Assembly (NCBI GenBank): GCA_963758635.1
Contig: CAVWWD010000007.1
Location: forward strand, 1-64,000
Direction of reading: 5' to 3'
Source of the DNA: an uncultured Candidatus Rokubacteria bacterium
GTDB taxonomy: Bacteria > Methylomirabilota > Methylomirabilia > Rokubacteriales > CSP1-6
Length of the DNA: 64,000 nucleotides
Shown here: one piece after another, positions 32,772 through 43,256 of the stretch
Layout of the letters: every line of letters begins with the position of its first letter
Position numbering within the stretch: position 1 is the first letter of the stretch
Notes under the pieces: generated by a model
Databases searched by the model: none
What the model was told of the DNA's origin: nothing
The model's input: the letters and a program-made list of their open reading frames with translations, nothing else
Position numbers and translations under genes: made by a program

Positions 32772-33821
32772 CTACGGCGTGATCCCGAGCAGCCGGGCCG
32801 CCGTCTCGCCCAGCATCGCCACGCGGTCGGCGTCACTCAGCCCCGGCGTGGCGAGGATGTGATCCACCGACGTGCTGGTCCACGGGAACGGGTAGTCGGT
32901 GCCCATCACGATCTGCCCCGGGCCCGTCTCCGCCGCCAGGTGCCGGAGCGCCTCGGGCGTGAACACGATCGAGTCGTAGTAGAGCTGCCGGAGGTACTCC
33001 GTGGGCTTCTTCGCGAGCGGCCGCGTGTAGCGGGCGGGGAAGGTCGTGATCAGCGCGTCCGACCGCGCTCCGTAGGACGGCAGGTAGCCGCCGCCGTGGG
33101 CCGCGCAGATCTTGAGCCCGGGGAAGCGGTCCAGCGTGCCCTCGAAGATCAGGTGCGAGAGCGCGATCGTCGTCTCGAGGGGGTTGCCGATCACGTTGTC
33201 GAGGCCCCCGCTGCCCCGAAGGCGCTGGGCCAGGGGCGCGGCGGCGCCGTCGGCCTGCGGATGGATGAAGACCAGCACGCCGAGCTGCTCCGCCCTGGCC
33301 CAGACCGGGTGGAACTTCGGGTCGGCCAGCTCCTCGCCGTTGACGCTGCACCCCGCGGAGAGCCCCCTGAGGCCGTATCGCTTGACGCCCGCCTCGAGCT
33401 GCTCCACGGCGAGGTCGGGGTGCTGGAGCGCGGCGGTGGCGAAGGCCACGAAGCGGTCCGGCGTGGCCGCGCAGATCGCGGCCAGCGCCTCGTTCTGCGC
33501 CCGGATCAGCTCGCGCGCAACGTCCCGGTCGGCCCCGTACCAGTACGGGTTGATGCTGAGCGCCTCCACGTCGATGCCCTGCGCGTCCATCGCGCGGATG
33601 CGCTCGGACACGTCGGACATGAGGAGCGTGTCCTGCTCGACCTTCCGCCCCATCAGGGCCATCGCGGCGGGTACCGAGCAGTGCGCGTGCACGTCCACCG
33701 TCTTCACGCGCCGGCCGGCGACGACCACCTCGCGGCGGCGCGCCCCCGTCTGCGTGGGATTCCCTCGCGTCGCATCACACCCTACGAACGCCACGTCACG
33801 CGTCGACTCTGGTCCGCTCAT
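32772..33821 (-). CDS. Amidohydrolase_2 family protein (ACMSD/aromatic decarboxylase-like)
   Basis: DVHAH, FIHP, AHGGG, GTDYPF. Confidence 0.88.
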   Translation of the reverse strand: MSGPESTRDVAFVGCDATRGNPTQTGARRREVVVAGRRVKTVDVHAHCSVPAAMALMGRKVEQDTLLMSDVSERIRAMDAQGIDVEALSINPYWYGADRDVARELIRAQNEALAAICAATPDRFVAFATAALQHPDLAVEQLEAGVKRYGLRGLSAGCSVNGEELADPKFHPVWARAEQLGVLVFIHPQADGAAAPLAQRLRGSGGLDNVIGNPLETTIALSHLIFEGTLDRFPGLKICAAHGGGYLPSYGARSDALITTFPARYTRPLAKKPTEYLRQLYYDSIVFTPEALRHLAAETGPGQIVMGTDYPFPWTSTSVDHILATPGLSDADRVAMLGETAARLLGITP

Positions 33822-33829
33822 TGCGCTCC

Positions 33830-33952
33830 TCCCCCTCTCCCTTCCAGGGAGAGGGTTGGGGTGAGGATCCGTCGCACCATCTTACGGGTTGTCCGCCCTC
33901 GCGATTGTGCAACCGCCCCTCACCCCTCCCTCTCCCCAGCGGGGAGAGGGGG
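33830..33952. repeat. Inverted pair of REP-like palindromes
   Basis: CCCTCTCCC-TTCCA-GGGAGAGGGTTGGGGTGAGG and CCTCACCCCTCCCTCTCCCC-AGC-GGGGAGAGGG in opposite orientations. Confidence 0.75.
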
Positions 33953-35584
33953 AGAGGCGTAGTCGCGGGCGGCGGCCGCGGGCGAGATGCGCCGCGCGGC
34001 CACGTCCGCCGCGACCTCGGCGGGGTCGCGCTCGGCGGGCGGGCCGAAGCCGCCGCCGCCCGGCGTGTGGAGCACCACGCGCTCGTCGGAGCGGAGCCAG
34101 TGCTGCGCCTTCGAGGCGAGGACGCGCCCCTGCGCCGTCTCCACCCGGCCGGGGGCGCCGGGGCGTCCGCCGAGGAGACCCTGGCAGGGGATCCGCGCGC
34201 GCTCGAACGACGCGGTGAAGAGCCAGTCCGCGTCGGTCTCCACGCCGAACTCGATCACCATCCCGAGCCCGCCACGATGCCGCCCTGGCCCGCCGCTGTC
34301 CGGGGCGAGGGCCCGGCGGTGGATCACGAGCGGCGACGTGGTCTCCACGATCTCCGCCGGCACGCCGCGGATGGTCGACGGGAACTGCGTGGCGTTGAGG
34401 CCGTCCTTGTCCGGCCGCGCGCCCATGCCGCCCCCGGTGGCCACGAACTCCTTGAAGTGGTGGCCCGTGCGATCGCGGCCCCGCACGTCGAGCGTCCAGA
34501 GGCACGAGGACGACTCCGCGATGACCCGGTCGGGCACGGCGCGGGCCAGCGCGCCCATGACGGCGTCGGGCAGGAACAGGCCGATGAGGTGCCGGCTCGC
34601 CACCGGAGCCGGCCGCGCCGCGTTCAGCAGCGAGCCCTCGGGCGCGGTGATCGTCACGGGCCGGAACGAGCCGGCGTTGTTCGGCACGTGCGGCGCGACC
34701 ACGCACTTCACGCCGTACGTCGTGTACGCCTTCGTGTAGTTCAGCACCACGTTGATCGCGCGCCGCGACGCCGGGGACGAGCCCGCGTAGTCCACGCGGA
34801 GCGTGTCGCCCGCCACGGCCACGCGCGTCTGGATCACCACGGGCTCCTCGAAGCCGTCCAGGCAGAGCGTGTGGTCGTAGGCGCCGTCGGGGATCTCCGC
34901 GATGGCCGCCCGCATCGCCGTCTCGCTGCGGTCGAGGATGGCCGCGGACAGGTCCTCGATGTCGTCGAGTCGGAACTCCTCGAGCATCTCGACCAGCCGG
35001 TGGGCGCCCACGGCGTTGCCGCTCACCTGGGCATGCACGTCGCCGAGCACGGCCTCGGGCGCGCGCACGTTGGCGGCGAGGAGGCCCAGCACCTGCTGGG
35101 GGCGGCCCGCCGCGTACAGGCGGCAGGGCGGCATGAGGAAGCCCTCCTCGTAGCAGTCGAGGGCCTCCACCGTGATGCCGCGCCCCCCGATGTCCATCGC
35201 GTGGCACGTGCTCGCCGTGTAGCCCACCAGCGTGCCGCGGTGGAACACCGGCGTCACGACCGAGATGTCGTTCAGGTGGCCGGAGGCGAGCCAGGGATCG
35301 TTGGTGGCGAGCACGTCGCCGGGGAGGAGCGTCTCCGGCGGGATGGCGCGGATCACGTGGGCCACGACCAGCGCCATGGTGTTGATGTGGCCGGGCGTGC
35401 CCGTGATGGCCTGCGCCACCATGCGGCCCTGCCGGTCGAACACGCCGGCCGAGAGGTCGCCGGACTCGCGCACGATGTTGGTGAAGGCGGTGCGCAGGAG
35501 CGCCTGCGCTTCCTGCTCGACCACCGAGATCAGCCGGCTCCACGCCACCTCGACGAAGACTGGATCGGCCGCGCGCGACGTCAT
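33920..35584 (-). CDS. Hydantoinase B/oxoprolinase family protein
   Basis: RESGDLS, NDPW..SGHLND, H..DIGG, DSGGPGRHRGG, TPGGGGFG; ATGA overlap with upstream gene. Confidence 0.92.
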   Translation of the reverse strand: MTSRAADPVFVEVAWSRLISVVEQEAQALLRTAFTNIVRESGDLSAGVFDRQGRMVAQAITGTPGHINTMALVVAHVIRAIPPETLLPGDVLATNDPWLASGHLNDISVVTPVFHRGTLVGYTASTCHAMDIGGRGITVEALDCYEEGFLMPPCRLYAAGRPQQVLGLLAANVRAPEAVLGDVHAQVSGNAVGAHRLVEMLEEFRLDDIEDLSAAILDRSETAMRAAIAEIPDGAYDHTLCLDGFEEPVVIQTRVAVAGDTLRVDYAGSSPASRRAINVVLNYTKAYTTYGVKCVVAPHVPNNAGSFRPVTITAPEGSLLNAARPAPVASRHLIGLFLPDAVMGALARAVPDRVIAESSSCLWTLDVRGRDRTGHHFKEFVATGGGMGARPDKDGLNATQFPSTIRGVPAEIVETTSPLVIHRRALAPDSGGPGRHRGGLGMVIEFGVETDADWLFTASFERARIPCQGLLGGRPGAPGRVETAQGRVLASKAQHWLRSDERVVLHTPGGGGFGPPAERDPAEVAADVAARRISPAAAARDYASPPLPAGEREG

Positions 35585-37665
35585 GACCGTCTCCGGGTGA
35601 GCACCAGGTTGAGGCTCTGGTCCACGGCCGCCTCGAAGCCCGGCGTCACGATCACGGTGGACTCGACCTCCTCGATGACGGCGGGTCCCTCCGTCCGCCA
35701 TCCGGGCGGGAGCGTGTAGCGATCCCAGACCGGTGCTCCGTGGAACCCGCCGCCGTGGCGCGCGAGCCAGATCGGCCGCTCGCCCTTGGGCGCGGGCGGG
35801 CCGCCGCGCGGGGCGGGCGGTGTGGGCAGGGCGGGCGCGGGCGACTGCGCGCGGAGCCGCCACGTCACCGCCTCCATCGGCAGGCCGGAGGGCACGTGGC
35901 GGTACCAGGCGCGGTACACGTCCTCGAAGGCGGCGACGAGGGCGGAGAGCCACGCGGCGTCCGGCCGGCCCAGCGGCGCCGGCACCTCGACCTCGTAGCC
36001 CTGGCCGCGATACCGCATCTCCACGAAGCGCCGGACCGTGACGTCTTCCGCCGGCACGCCGGCCAGCGCGAGGGGCGCGCGCGCCTCCGCCTCGAGCGCG
36101 TCGAGGAGGACGGCGAGGGCGTCGAGGTCGGGGGCTTCCAGGCGCATGCCGTGCGAGCGCGCGACCTCGAAGGCGAGCGGCGAGGCGAGGAATCCGAAGC
36201 ACGAGCGCACGCCCGCGCCCGGCGGCACCACCACGGTGCCCACGCCGAGGCGCTCGGCCAGCGTGGCCACGTGCATCGGCGCCGCGCCGCCGAAGGCGTA
36301 CAGGTCGTAGGCCGCGGTCTCCTTGCCGCGCTCCACCGCGTGCATGAGGGCGGCGTTCGCCATGTTCTCGGTGACGATCGCGTGGATGCCCCACGCCGCC
36401 TCGGTCAGCGAGAGGCCGAGCGGCTCGGCCACGTGACGGCGGATGGCCGCCTCCGCGGCGGCGCGATCGAGCGGCATCGCCCCGCCCAGGAAGTAGGCCT
36501 CGTCGAGGTAGCCCAGCACGAGGTTCGCGTCGGTCACCGTGGGCCGCTCGCCGCCGCGCCCGTAGCACGCCGGCCCGGGCTCGGACCCCGCGCTCTCCGG
36601 CCCCACCTTCGGCAGCCGCATGCGGTCCACGTGGGCGATCGATCCGCCGCCCGCGCCGATCTCGATCATCTCCACCACCGGCACCAGGAGCGGCAGCCCG
36701 CTGCCGCGCTTGAAGCGCCACACCCGCGCCACCTCGAACTCGCGCGTGATCTGGGGCTCACCGTCGTCGATCAGGCAGATCTTGGCCGTGGTGCCGCCCA
36801 TGTCGAACGCGAGCACGCGGCGGGCGCCGGTGGCCCGCGCGTGGTGCGCGGCGGCGGCGGCGCCGCCCGCCGGGCCGGACTCCACCAGGCGGATCGGCAC
36901 CTCGCACGCCGTCTGCGTCGTGCACGTGCCGCCGCTGGACAGCATCAGGAGGAGCTGGCCGCCGAAGCCCTCGGCGCGGAGCATCTCGACGAGGGCGCGC
37001 AGGTAGGCCTCGACCACGCCCAGGACGTAGGCGTTGGCCACCGTCGTCGACGCGCGCTCGTACTCGCGGATCTCGCCGGACACGACCGAGGACAGGGACA
37101 CGCGGAGGGTGGGCGCGCGCTCGGCCAGGTGCGCGGCCACCGCGCGCTCGTGGGCGGGATTGCGGTAGGCGTGGAGCAGGCACACCGCGACCGCGTCGAC
37201 GCCGGCGGCGCGCAGGCGGGCCACGAGCGCGTCCAGCTCGGCTCCGTCCACGGCCACGCGCTCGCGGCCGTCGGCCATCATCCGCGCGGACAGGCCCAGC
37301 CGGGAGGCCGGCGGCACGAGCGGCTCGGGCTTCTCGAGGGCGAGGTCGTACGAGTCGTAGCGCGTCTCCCGGCCGATCTCGAGCGCGTCCTCGTGGCCGG
37401 CGGTGGCGATCAGCGCCGTGCGCGCGCCCTTGCGCTCGATGAGGGCGTTGGTGACGAGCGTGGTGCCGTGGATGACGAAGCGCAGGTCGCGCGCGGCGAC
37501 CCCGGCCCGCGCGAGGGCGCGGCGCGCGCCGTCCATCACGCCCGCCGCCGGCTCCTTGGGGGTGGTGAGGACCTTCTCGACGACGGTGGTCGTCCCCGCC
37601 GCGTCCATCAGGACGACGTCGGTGAACGTGCCGCCGATGTCCACGGCGAGCTGCCAGTCGCTCAT
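35581..37665 (-). CDS. Hydantoinase A/oxoprolinase family protein
   Basis: DIGGTFTD, HGTT, EYER, SGPAGG, DMGGTT, GAGGGS. Confidence 0.94.
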   Translation of the reverse strand: MSDWQLAVDIGGTFTDVVLMDAAGTTTVVEKVLTTPKEPAAGVMDGARRALARAGVAARDLRFVIHGTTLVTNALIERKGARTALIATAGHEDALEIGRETRYDSYDLALEKPEPLVPPASRLGLSARMMADGRERVAVDGAELDALVARLRAAGVDAVAVCLLHAYRNPAHERAVAAHLAERAPTLRVSLSSVVSGEIREYERASTTVANAYVLGVVEAYLRALVEMLRAEGFGGQLLLMLSSGGTCTTQTACEVPIRLVESGPAGGAAAAAHHARATGARRVLAFDMGGTTAKICLIDDGEPQITREFEVARVWRFKRGSGLPLLVPVVEMIEIGAGGGSIAHVDRMRLPKVGPESAGSEPGPACYGRGGERPTVTDANLVLGYLDEAYFLGGAMPLDRAAAEAAIRRHVAEPLGLSLTEAAWGIHAIVTENMANAALMHAVERGKETAAYDLYAFGGAAPMHVATLAERLGVGTVVVPPGAGVRSCFGFLASPLAFEVARSHGMRLEAPDLDALAVLLDALEAEARAPLALAGVPAEDVTVRRFVEMRYRGQGYEVEVPAPLGRPDAAWLSALVAAFEDVYRAWYRHVPSGLPMEAVTWRLRAQSPAPALPTPPAPRGGPPAPKGERPIWLARHGGGFHGAPVWDRYTLPPGWRTEGPAVIEEVESTVIVTPGFEAAVDQSLNLVLTRRRS

Positions 37666-37719
37666 CCCGCGAGGCTAGCCCGAGCCTCCCGCCGCGTCAA
37701 GGCGACGGCGCCGCGGTGA

Positions 37720-37738
37720 TGTACAATCCTCGTGTACA
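37720..37738. promoter_or_regulatory. Probable TA operator (two TGTACA palindromes)
   Basis: TGTACA at 37720 and 37733, just before the antitoxin RBS. Confidence 0.55.
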
Positions 37739-37752
37739 AGGAGGATCGTCCC

Positions 37753-37992
37753 ATGAAGAGAGTCAGCGTCGCCGAGGCCCGCCGGACGTTCCGGACGCTC
37801 CTGGACGAGGTGTCGTCCGGACACGAGGTGACGGTGGTGCGCCGAGGCCAGGACGTGGCGCGGCTCGTGCCGCCGAAGCCGTCCGGCCGCCGCCGGCTCC
37901 CCGCGCTCGCCTCCTTCCGTGCTTCGATCCGGGTGAAGGGCGCGCCGATCAGCCGGCTCGTCGCGCGCGCCCGCCGCGAGGCGCGGTACTGA
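37753..37992 (+). CDS. Phd/YefM-family antitoxin
   Basis: VSVAEARRTFRTLLDEV..G.EVTVVRRG..VARLVP. Confidence 0.88.
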   Translation: MKRVSVAEARRTFRTLLDEVSSGHEVTVVRRGQDVARLVPPKPSGRRRLPALASFRASIRVKGAPISRLVARARREARY

Positions 37993-38414
37993 TGTACCTC
38001 GATACCAGCGTCGTCGTCGCCTACTATTGCCCCGAGGCCTTCAGCCAGGCGACCGAGCGCGTCATCCGACGCGACCCCGAGCCGGCGATCAGCGACCTCG
38101 TCGAGGTCGAGTTCTTCTCCGCGGTGGCGCGAAAGGTCCGGGCCCGCGAGATGTCGGCGTCGGACGCCACCCGCAGCTGCGGCCAGCTCGTGGCGCATCT
38201 GCAGGCCGGCCTCTACGCGCGGGTGGCCATCCAGCGCCGACACTACGAGACGGCGCGCGACTGGCTGGCCGGCATGGCGCTGCCGCTTCGTGCGCTCGAT
38301 GCCCTTCATCTCGCCGTGGCCAGCGAGGAGAGGCTGCGTCTGGTCACGTCCGACCGCGACCTGTTCCGCTCGGCGCGAGCTCTCGAGGTTCCGGCGACTC
38401 TGGTCCAGGCCTGA
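37992..38414 (+). CDS. vapC: PIN/VapC toxin
   Basis: MYLDTSVVV, LRALDALHLA, VTSD; TGATG coupling to the antitoxin. Confidence 0.9.
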   Translation: MYLDTSVVVAYYCPEAFSQATERVIRRDPEPAISDLVEVEFFSAVARKVRAREMSASDATRSCGQLVAHLQAGLYARVAIQRRHYETARDWLAGMALPLRALDALHLAVASEERLRLVTSDRDLFRSARALEVPATLVQA

Positions 38415-38429
38415 CGGAGGCCTCGGCGG

Positions 38430-39131
38430 TCAGCGGGGCGGGGCGGCGACGAAGCGGATCGCGCCGATCAGGCCCTCGGCCACGGTGTGCGTGTCGTTGG
38501 TGTCGATCGACAGCGCCACCGCCGCCGGGCTGTCCGGCGCCTCGCCGTAGATGCGGCGGTAGTCGTCGATCACGTTCCGGCGCTCGGTGACCCACGAGCC
38601 GAGCCCGCGGCCGCCGGAGCGCACGGTCAGGAAGGACACCGTGCGCGTCTTGCGGCTCTGCTCGACGGCGCTGGCGGGCAACACGCCGTCCCAGGTGTAG
38701 CCGATGAGGCGCGAGCGGATCAGCGCCGGCGTCCGCGGCCACACGAGGAAGACGTGCGCGGTGAGGTCGGAGGTCGCCCGCTGCCGGACGTTGGCGCCGG
38801 CGGGCAGGCTCACGATCTTCCAGCTCCACTCGAGGACCGGCGTCCGCGCCAGGTCGACGGACAGATCCCGTGCGATCGTGGAGTGCTCGTCGCGGCTCCG
38901 GAGGCGGAGCGCCTTCATGCCGCCGTCCTGGACGATCGTGAAGTCGTACGCGGGCCGCCCACCGACGGTCTCGTACGTGCGCCAGCCGTCGGGCACGCCG
39001 CGGGCGCCGAGCGGCAGGCGCGCCCAGTCCTCCACGAGCACGGCATCGGCCCCGCGCGCGGGGGCGGCCGGCGCGGCGATCGCCGCGACGAGCAGCACGG
39101 CTCGTGCCCACCGGAGGAGATCGATGCCCAT
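38430..39131 (-). CDS. DUF3047 domain secreted protein
   Basis: Signal peptide, LEWSWK, IGYTW, WVTERRNV..DY, DTNDT. Confidence 0.8.
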   Translation of the reverse strand: MGIDLLRWARAVLLVAAIAAPAAPARGADAVLVEDWARLPLGARGVPDGWRTYETVGGRPAYDFTIVQDGGMKALRLRSRDEHSTIARDLSVDLARTPVLEWSWKIVSLPAGANVRQRATSDLTAHVFLVWPRTPALIRSRLIGYTWDGVLPASAVEQSRKTRTVSFLTVRSGGRGLGSWVTERRNVIDDYRRIYGEAPDSPAAVALSIDTNDTHTVAEGLIGAIRFVAAPPR

Positions 39132-39146
39132 CGGCGCGTGGGCTCA

Positions 39147-39866
39147 TTATCCGCCCAGGTAGTGCTGGCGCACGTCCGGGTCGTCGAGCAGCTCCTGCCC
39201 GGTGCCCTCGAAGCGGTTCCGTCCCAGCTCGAGGACGAAGCCGCGGTGGGACACGGAGAGCGCCTTCTTCGCGTTCTGCTCGACCATCAGGATGGTGGTG
39301 CCCTCGCGATTGATCTCGAGGATGGTGTCGAACACCGCCTCGACCATGCGCGGGTCGAGCCCGAGGGACGGCTCGTCCACGAGGAGCAGCCGGGGCCGCA
39401 GCAGCAGCGCGATCGCCATCTCGAGGATCTGCTGCTGTCCGCCCGAGAGCGTGCCCGCGGCGTCGGCGCGCTTGTCGGCCAGGAGCGGGAACCGGCGAAA
39501 CAGCGCCTCGATGTCCGCGCGCACGCCGGCGTCGCGGCGGAGGTAGGCGCCCATCTCCAGGTTCTCCTCCACGCTCATCGCCGGGAAGTTGCAACGGCCC
39601 TGCGGCACGTAGCCGATGCCCCGGCGGAGCACGTCCAGGGAGGACCGGCCGCCGATCTCCTCGCCGCCCAGCCGGATCCGGCCCGCGCGCGGCCGCACCA
39701 TGCCGAAGACGGTGCGGAGCAGGGTGGACTTGCCGGCGCCGTTGGCGCCGATGATCGACACGATGTGCCCGGCCTCCACGGATAGCGACACGCCGCGGAG
39801 GACCTCGACTTCCTCGTAGCCGGCGGTCACCTCGTCCAGGCGGAGCAGCGGCTCGTCAGCGGCCAA
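39147..39866 (-). CDS. ABC ATP-binding protein (LivF-like)
   Basis: GANGAGKST, LSGGQQQ, DEPSLGL, VEQN. Confidence 0.9.
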   Translation of the reverse strand: MAADEPLLRLDEVTAGYEEVEVLRGVSLSVEAGHIVSIIGANGAGKSTLLRTVFGMVRPRAGRIRLGGEEIGGRSSLDVLRRGIGYVPQGRCNFPAMSVEENLEMGAYLRRDAGVRADIEALFRRFPLLADKRADAAGTLSGGQQQILEMAIALLLRPRLLLVDEPSLGLDPRMVEAVFDTILEINREGTTILMVEQNAKKALSVSHRGFVLELGRNRFEGTGQELLDDPDVRQHYLGG

Positions 39867-40611
39867 AGTACGCCTCGATGACCCGGGGATCGCGCCGGAT
39901 GGCCTCGGGCGGCCCCTCGGCGAGCTTCTGCCCATGGTCGAGCACCACGACCCGTCGCGAGATGTCCATGACAACGTCCATGTTGTGCTCGACGAGGAGC
40001 ACGGTCTTGCCCTGGCGATTGAGCGCGAGGATGTGCTCCTTCATCTGGTTGATCATCGTCGGGTTGATGGCGGCGGCCGGCTCGTCGAGCAGCAGCATCT
40101 CCGGGTCGGGCATGAGCGTGGCCGCGAACGAGAGAAGCTTCCGCTGCCCGTACGAGAGGCGGCCCGCCGGCGTGTCGGCCCGCGCGCCCAGGCCCACGAG
40201 GTCCAGCAGCGTCCGCGCGCGCGCCACGGCCTCGCGCTCCAGCCCGCGGACGCGGCGGGTGCGGACGAGCCGGGCGAGCAGGCTCTCCTCCTGGTGCTGC
40301 TGGACGAACACGAGCAGGTTTTCCAGCACGCTGAGCCGCGCGAAGACGCTCACGTGCTGGAACGTGCGGCCAAGGCCGAGGCGCGCCACGCGGTGGGGTG
40401 GCGCCCCGGTCAGGTCCTGGCCGCGGAAGAGGACCCGTCCGCCGTCGGCGGGAAGATAGCCGGTCACGCAGTTGAAGATCGTCGTCTTGCCCGAGCCGTT
40501 CGGACCGATCAGGCTGACCAGCTCGCCGGCCTCGATGGTCAGGTCCACCGCGTCCACGGCGGTGACTCCCTGGAAGCGCTTGACCAGCCCGCGCACCTCG
40601 AGGAGCGGCAT
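39856..40611 (-). CDS. ABC ATP-binding protein (LivG-like)
   Basis: GPNGSGKTT, LSYGQRK, LLDEP, VEHNM. Confidence 0.9.
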   Translation of the reverse strand: MPLLEVRGLVKRFQGVTAVDAVDLTIEAGELVSLIGPNGSGKTTIFNCVTGYLPADGGRVLFRGQDLTGAPPHRVARLGLGRTFQHVSVFARLSVLENLLVFVQQHQEESLLARLVRTRRVRGLEREAVARARTLLDLVGLGARADTPAGRLSYGQRKLLSFAATLMPDPEMLLLDEPAAAINPTMINQMKEHILALNRQGKTVLLVEHNMDVVMDISRRVVVLDHGQKLAEGPPEAIRRDPRVIEAYFGR

Positions 40612-41558
40612 CAGGCGCGGGACGGGCGGCGGACGAGGCCCGCGAGGCCCTCGGGCGACCGGACGACGATCACGAGCAGCAGCGCGCCGTAGATCACCAG
40701 GCGCCACGTGGGCGCCAGGCGCAGGATCTCGGGGAGCGCGGTGAACAGCACGGCGCCCACCAGCACGCCCCGCAGGCTGCCCACCCCGCCGAGGAACACG
40801 ATCACGAGCAGGTTCACGGTGAGCGCGATCGTCATCTCCTCGGGGCAGAACACCGAGAGGTAGTGCGCGTAGAGCGCGCCCACGCCCCCGGCGATCGCGC
40901 CGCCCGTGACGAAGGCGAGCATCCGGTACCGGAGGGGATCGATGCCCGCGGCCCCGGCCAGCGGCTCGTTGTCGCGGACGGCGTGCATGGCGCGGCCGAT
41001 CCGGAACGTCGTCATGCGTCGATACAGCAGCACGACCACGGCCAGCGCGGCGAGGGCGAGCCAGTAGTAGGCGGGCAGCGTGGTGACGGCAAGCGTGCCG
41101 ACGCCGGGCATCGCGATCGCGGGCTTGGGGATGCCGGTGATGCAGAGCGGTCCCCGCGTCACCTCCACCCAGTTCGTCGCCACGATGGAGGCGACGAGCG
41201 CGAAGCCGAGCGTACCCACCGCGAACGCGTGCTCGGCGAGGCGGAAGAGCGGCACGCCGGCCAGCGCGGCGACGACGCCGGCAAGGACCACCGCGGCCGC
41301 GAGGTCGGCGAGGAACGGCCACTGCGCGCGCGTGGCGAGGATGGCCGCGGTGTAGGCGCCCACGCCGAAGAACGCGGGGTGGGCGAGGGAGAGGCTCCCC
41401 ACGTGGCCCACGACCAGGTCGTAGGACAGCGCGAGGGCGGCGAAGAGCGCGGTGAAGATGAGGACGTGCACGATGTAGCGCTCGCGCCCGGGGGCCAGCG
41501 CGGCGACCAGCCAGGGCACGCTGACGGCGAGGACGGCGAGCGCGGCGCGCGCGATCAC
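40611..41558 (-). CDS. Branched-chain ABC permease (LivM-like)
   Basis: SLAHPAFFGVGAY, AVRDNE, LGGVGS. Confidence 0.88.
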   Translation of the reverse strand: MIARAALAVLAVSVPWLVAALAPGRERYIVHVLIFTALFAALALSYDLVVGHVGSLSLAHPAFFGVGAYTAAILATRAQWPFLADLAAAVVLAGVVAALAGVPLFRLAEHAFAVGTLGFALVASIVATNWVEVTRGPLCITGIPKPAIAMPGVGTLAVTTLPAYYWLALAALAVVVLLYRRMTTFRIGRAMHAVRDNEPLAGAAGIDPLRYRMLAFVTGGAIAGGVGALYAHYLSVFCPEEMTIALTVNLLVIVFLGGVGSLRGVLVGAVLFTALPEILRLAPTWRLVIYGALLLVIVVRSPEGLAGLVRRPSRA

Positions 41559-43256
41559 GAGCGCGTCTTGCCGGGACCCCACAACGCGCGGCCGGGCCTG
41601 GCGCCGGTGTGCTCGCCGTCCCGGAGGACCTGCACGCCGTTGACGAAGACGTGCCGCATGCCGACCGCGTACCGGTGCGGGTGCTCGTAGGTGGCGCGGT
41701 CGGCGATGGTCGCGGGGTCGAACGCCACCACGTCGGCAAACATGCCCTCGGCGAGCCGCCCGCGGCCATCCAGGCCGAGGTTGGCGGCGGGCAGGGCGGA
41801 GAGCCGGCGGACGGCCTCGGGCAGCGTGACGATCTTCTCGTCGCGCACGTAGGTGCCGAGGAGGCGGGCGAAGTTCCCGTAGGCGCGGGGATGGGTCGAG
41901 GAGGCGAGGAAGACGCCCTCGGGCGCCATCGACGCGCCGTCGGACCCGAAGGACACCCACGGCAGCCGGAGGACCTTTCGCAGGCCTTCCTCGTTCATCG
42001 AGAAGAAGACGGCGCCGATCCGGGAGCGGTCCTCGAGCACGAGGTCGTAGCGTCGTGTCGACCTCGTCCTTCCCGCGCGCCCGCGCGACCTCCTCGAGGG
42101 TCTTGCCGATGAGGCCCCGCAACGCCTCGGTGCGGAAGCTGACGAAGAGCGTGCGGGACATGGGCCCGCGCGCGCGCATCTCGGCGGCGATCCGCGTCCG
42201 CGTCGCCGGGTCCCGCAGCCGGTCGTAGAGGGCGCTGGCGCCTCCGCCGTGGGCCCACGCCGGGATGGTCGCGCTCAGGCCCGTCGAGCTCGCGGTGTAG
42301 AGGTACATGTTCGCGGTGATCCGGAGGCCCTCCCGGCGCGCGCGCTCGACGGCGGCGATGGCCGCGTCGAGCTTGTCCCAGTTCTTCTGCCCCACCACCT
42401 TGAAGTGGTAGATCTCCGCGGGCAGGCCCGCCTCGCGGCTGATGCGGATCAGCTCCTCCACGCCCTCGAGCAGCTTGTCGCTCTCGCTGCGCATGTGGGA
42501 GATGTACGTGCCCTTGTAGCGGGCGGCGACCTTGCAGAGCTCGATCAGCTCCTCGGTGGTCGCGTAGGTGCCGGGCGCGTAGATCAGCGCGGTCCCGATG
42601 CCGAGCGCGCCCGCCTCCATCTCCCGGCGGACCAGCGTCGCGCATCTCGTCCATCTGGGCGGGCGTCGGCGTCACGTCGTCGAGGCCGAGGACGTGGCTG
42701 CGGATGGTGGCGGCGCCGATGAACGACGCGACGTTCGGCGACACGCCGCGCCGTCTCCAGGTGCCGCAGGTACTCGGCGAGCGTGGTCCAGGGGACCTCG
42801 TACTTGATGTCGGTCTGGCTCGCGATCATGCGGCGCCGCATGGCGTCGTTGATCGGGCCCATCGACGTGCCCTCGCCGAAGATCTCGGTCGTGACGCCCT
42901 GTCGGATGTCGCTCTGCGAGCGCCCGTCCTCGAGCAGCGTGACCGGCGCCCACGAGAGCATGTTGACGAAGCCGGGCGCCACGGCGAGGCCGTCGCGCGT
43001 CGACGACGGCGCGCGCGCCGCCCTCGATGCGGCCGACGGCGACGATGCGATCGCCGCGGATCCCCACGTCGGCCCGCCGGCCCGGACCCCCGCTGCCGTC
43101 GTACACGGTGCCGTCCTTGATCAGGACGTTGAGGAGCCCGGGGGCACGCGGGGGCGACGGCTCGATCCCGGCCGAGGGCGGATGCGCGCACGCGGCGAGG
43201 ACGAGCGCCAGCGCGGCGGCGCCCCCGCGGATCCACGCCCCCGTTCGTGGCCGCAT
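41555..43256 (-). CDS. N-acyl-D-amino-acid deacylase (D-aminoacylase) family lipoprotein (several frameshifts)
   Basis: DGSG, APGFVNMLSW, QGVTTE, SHMRSE, GSD, HPRAYG, VFVNG across frames; LAAC lipobox. Confidence 0.85.
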
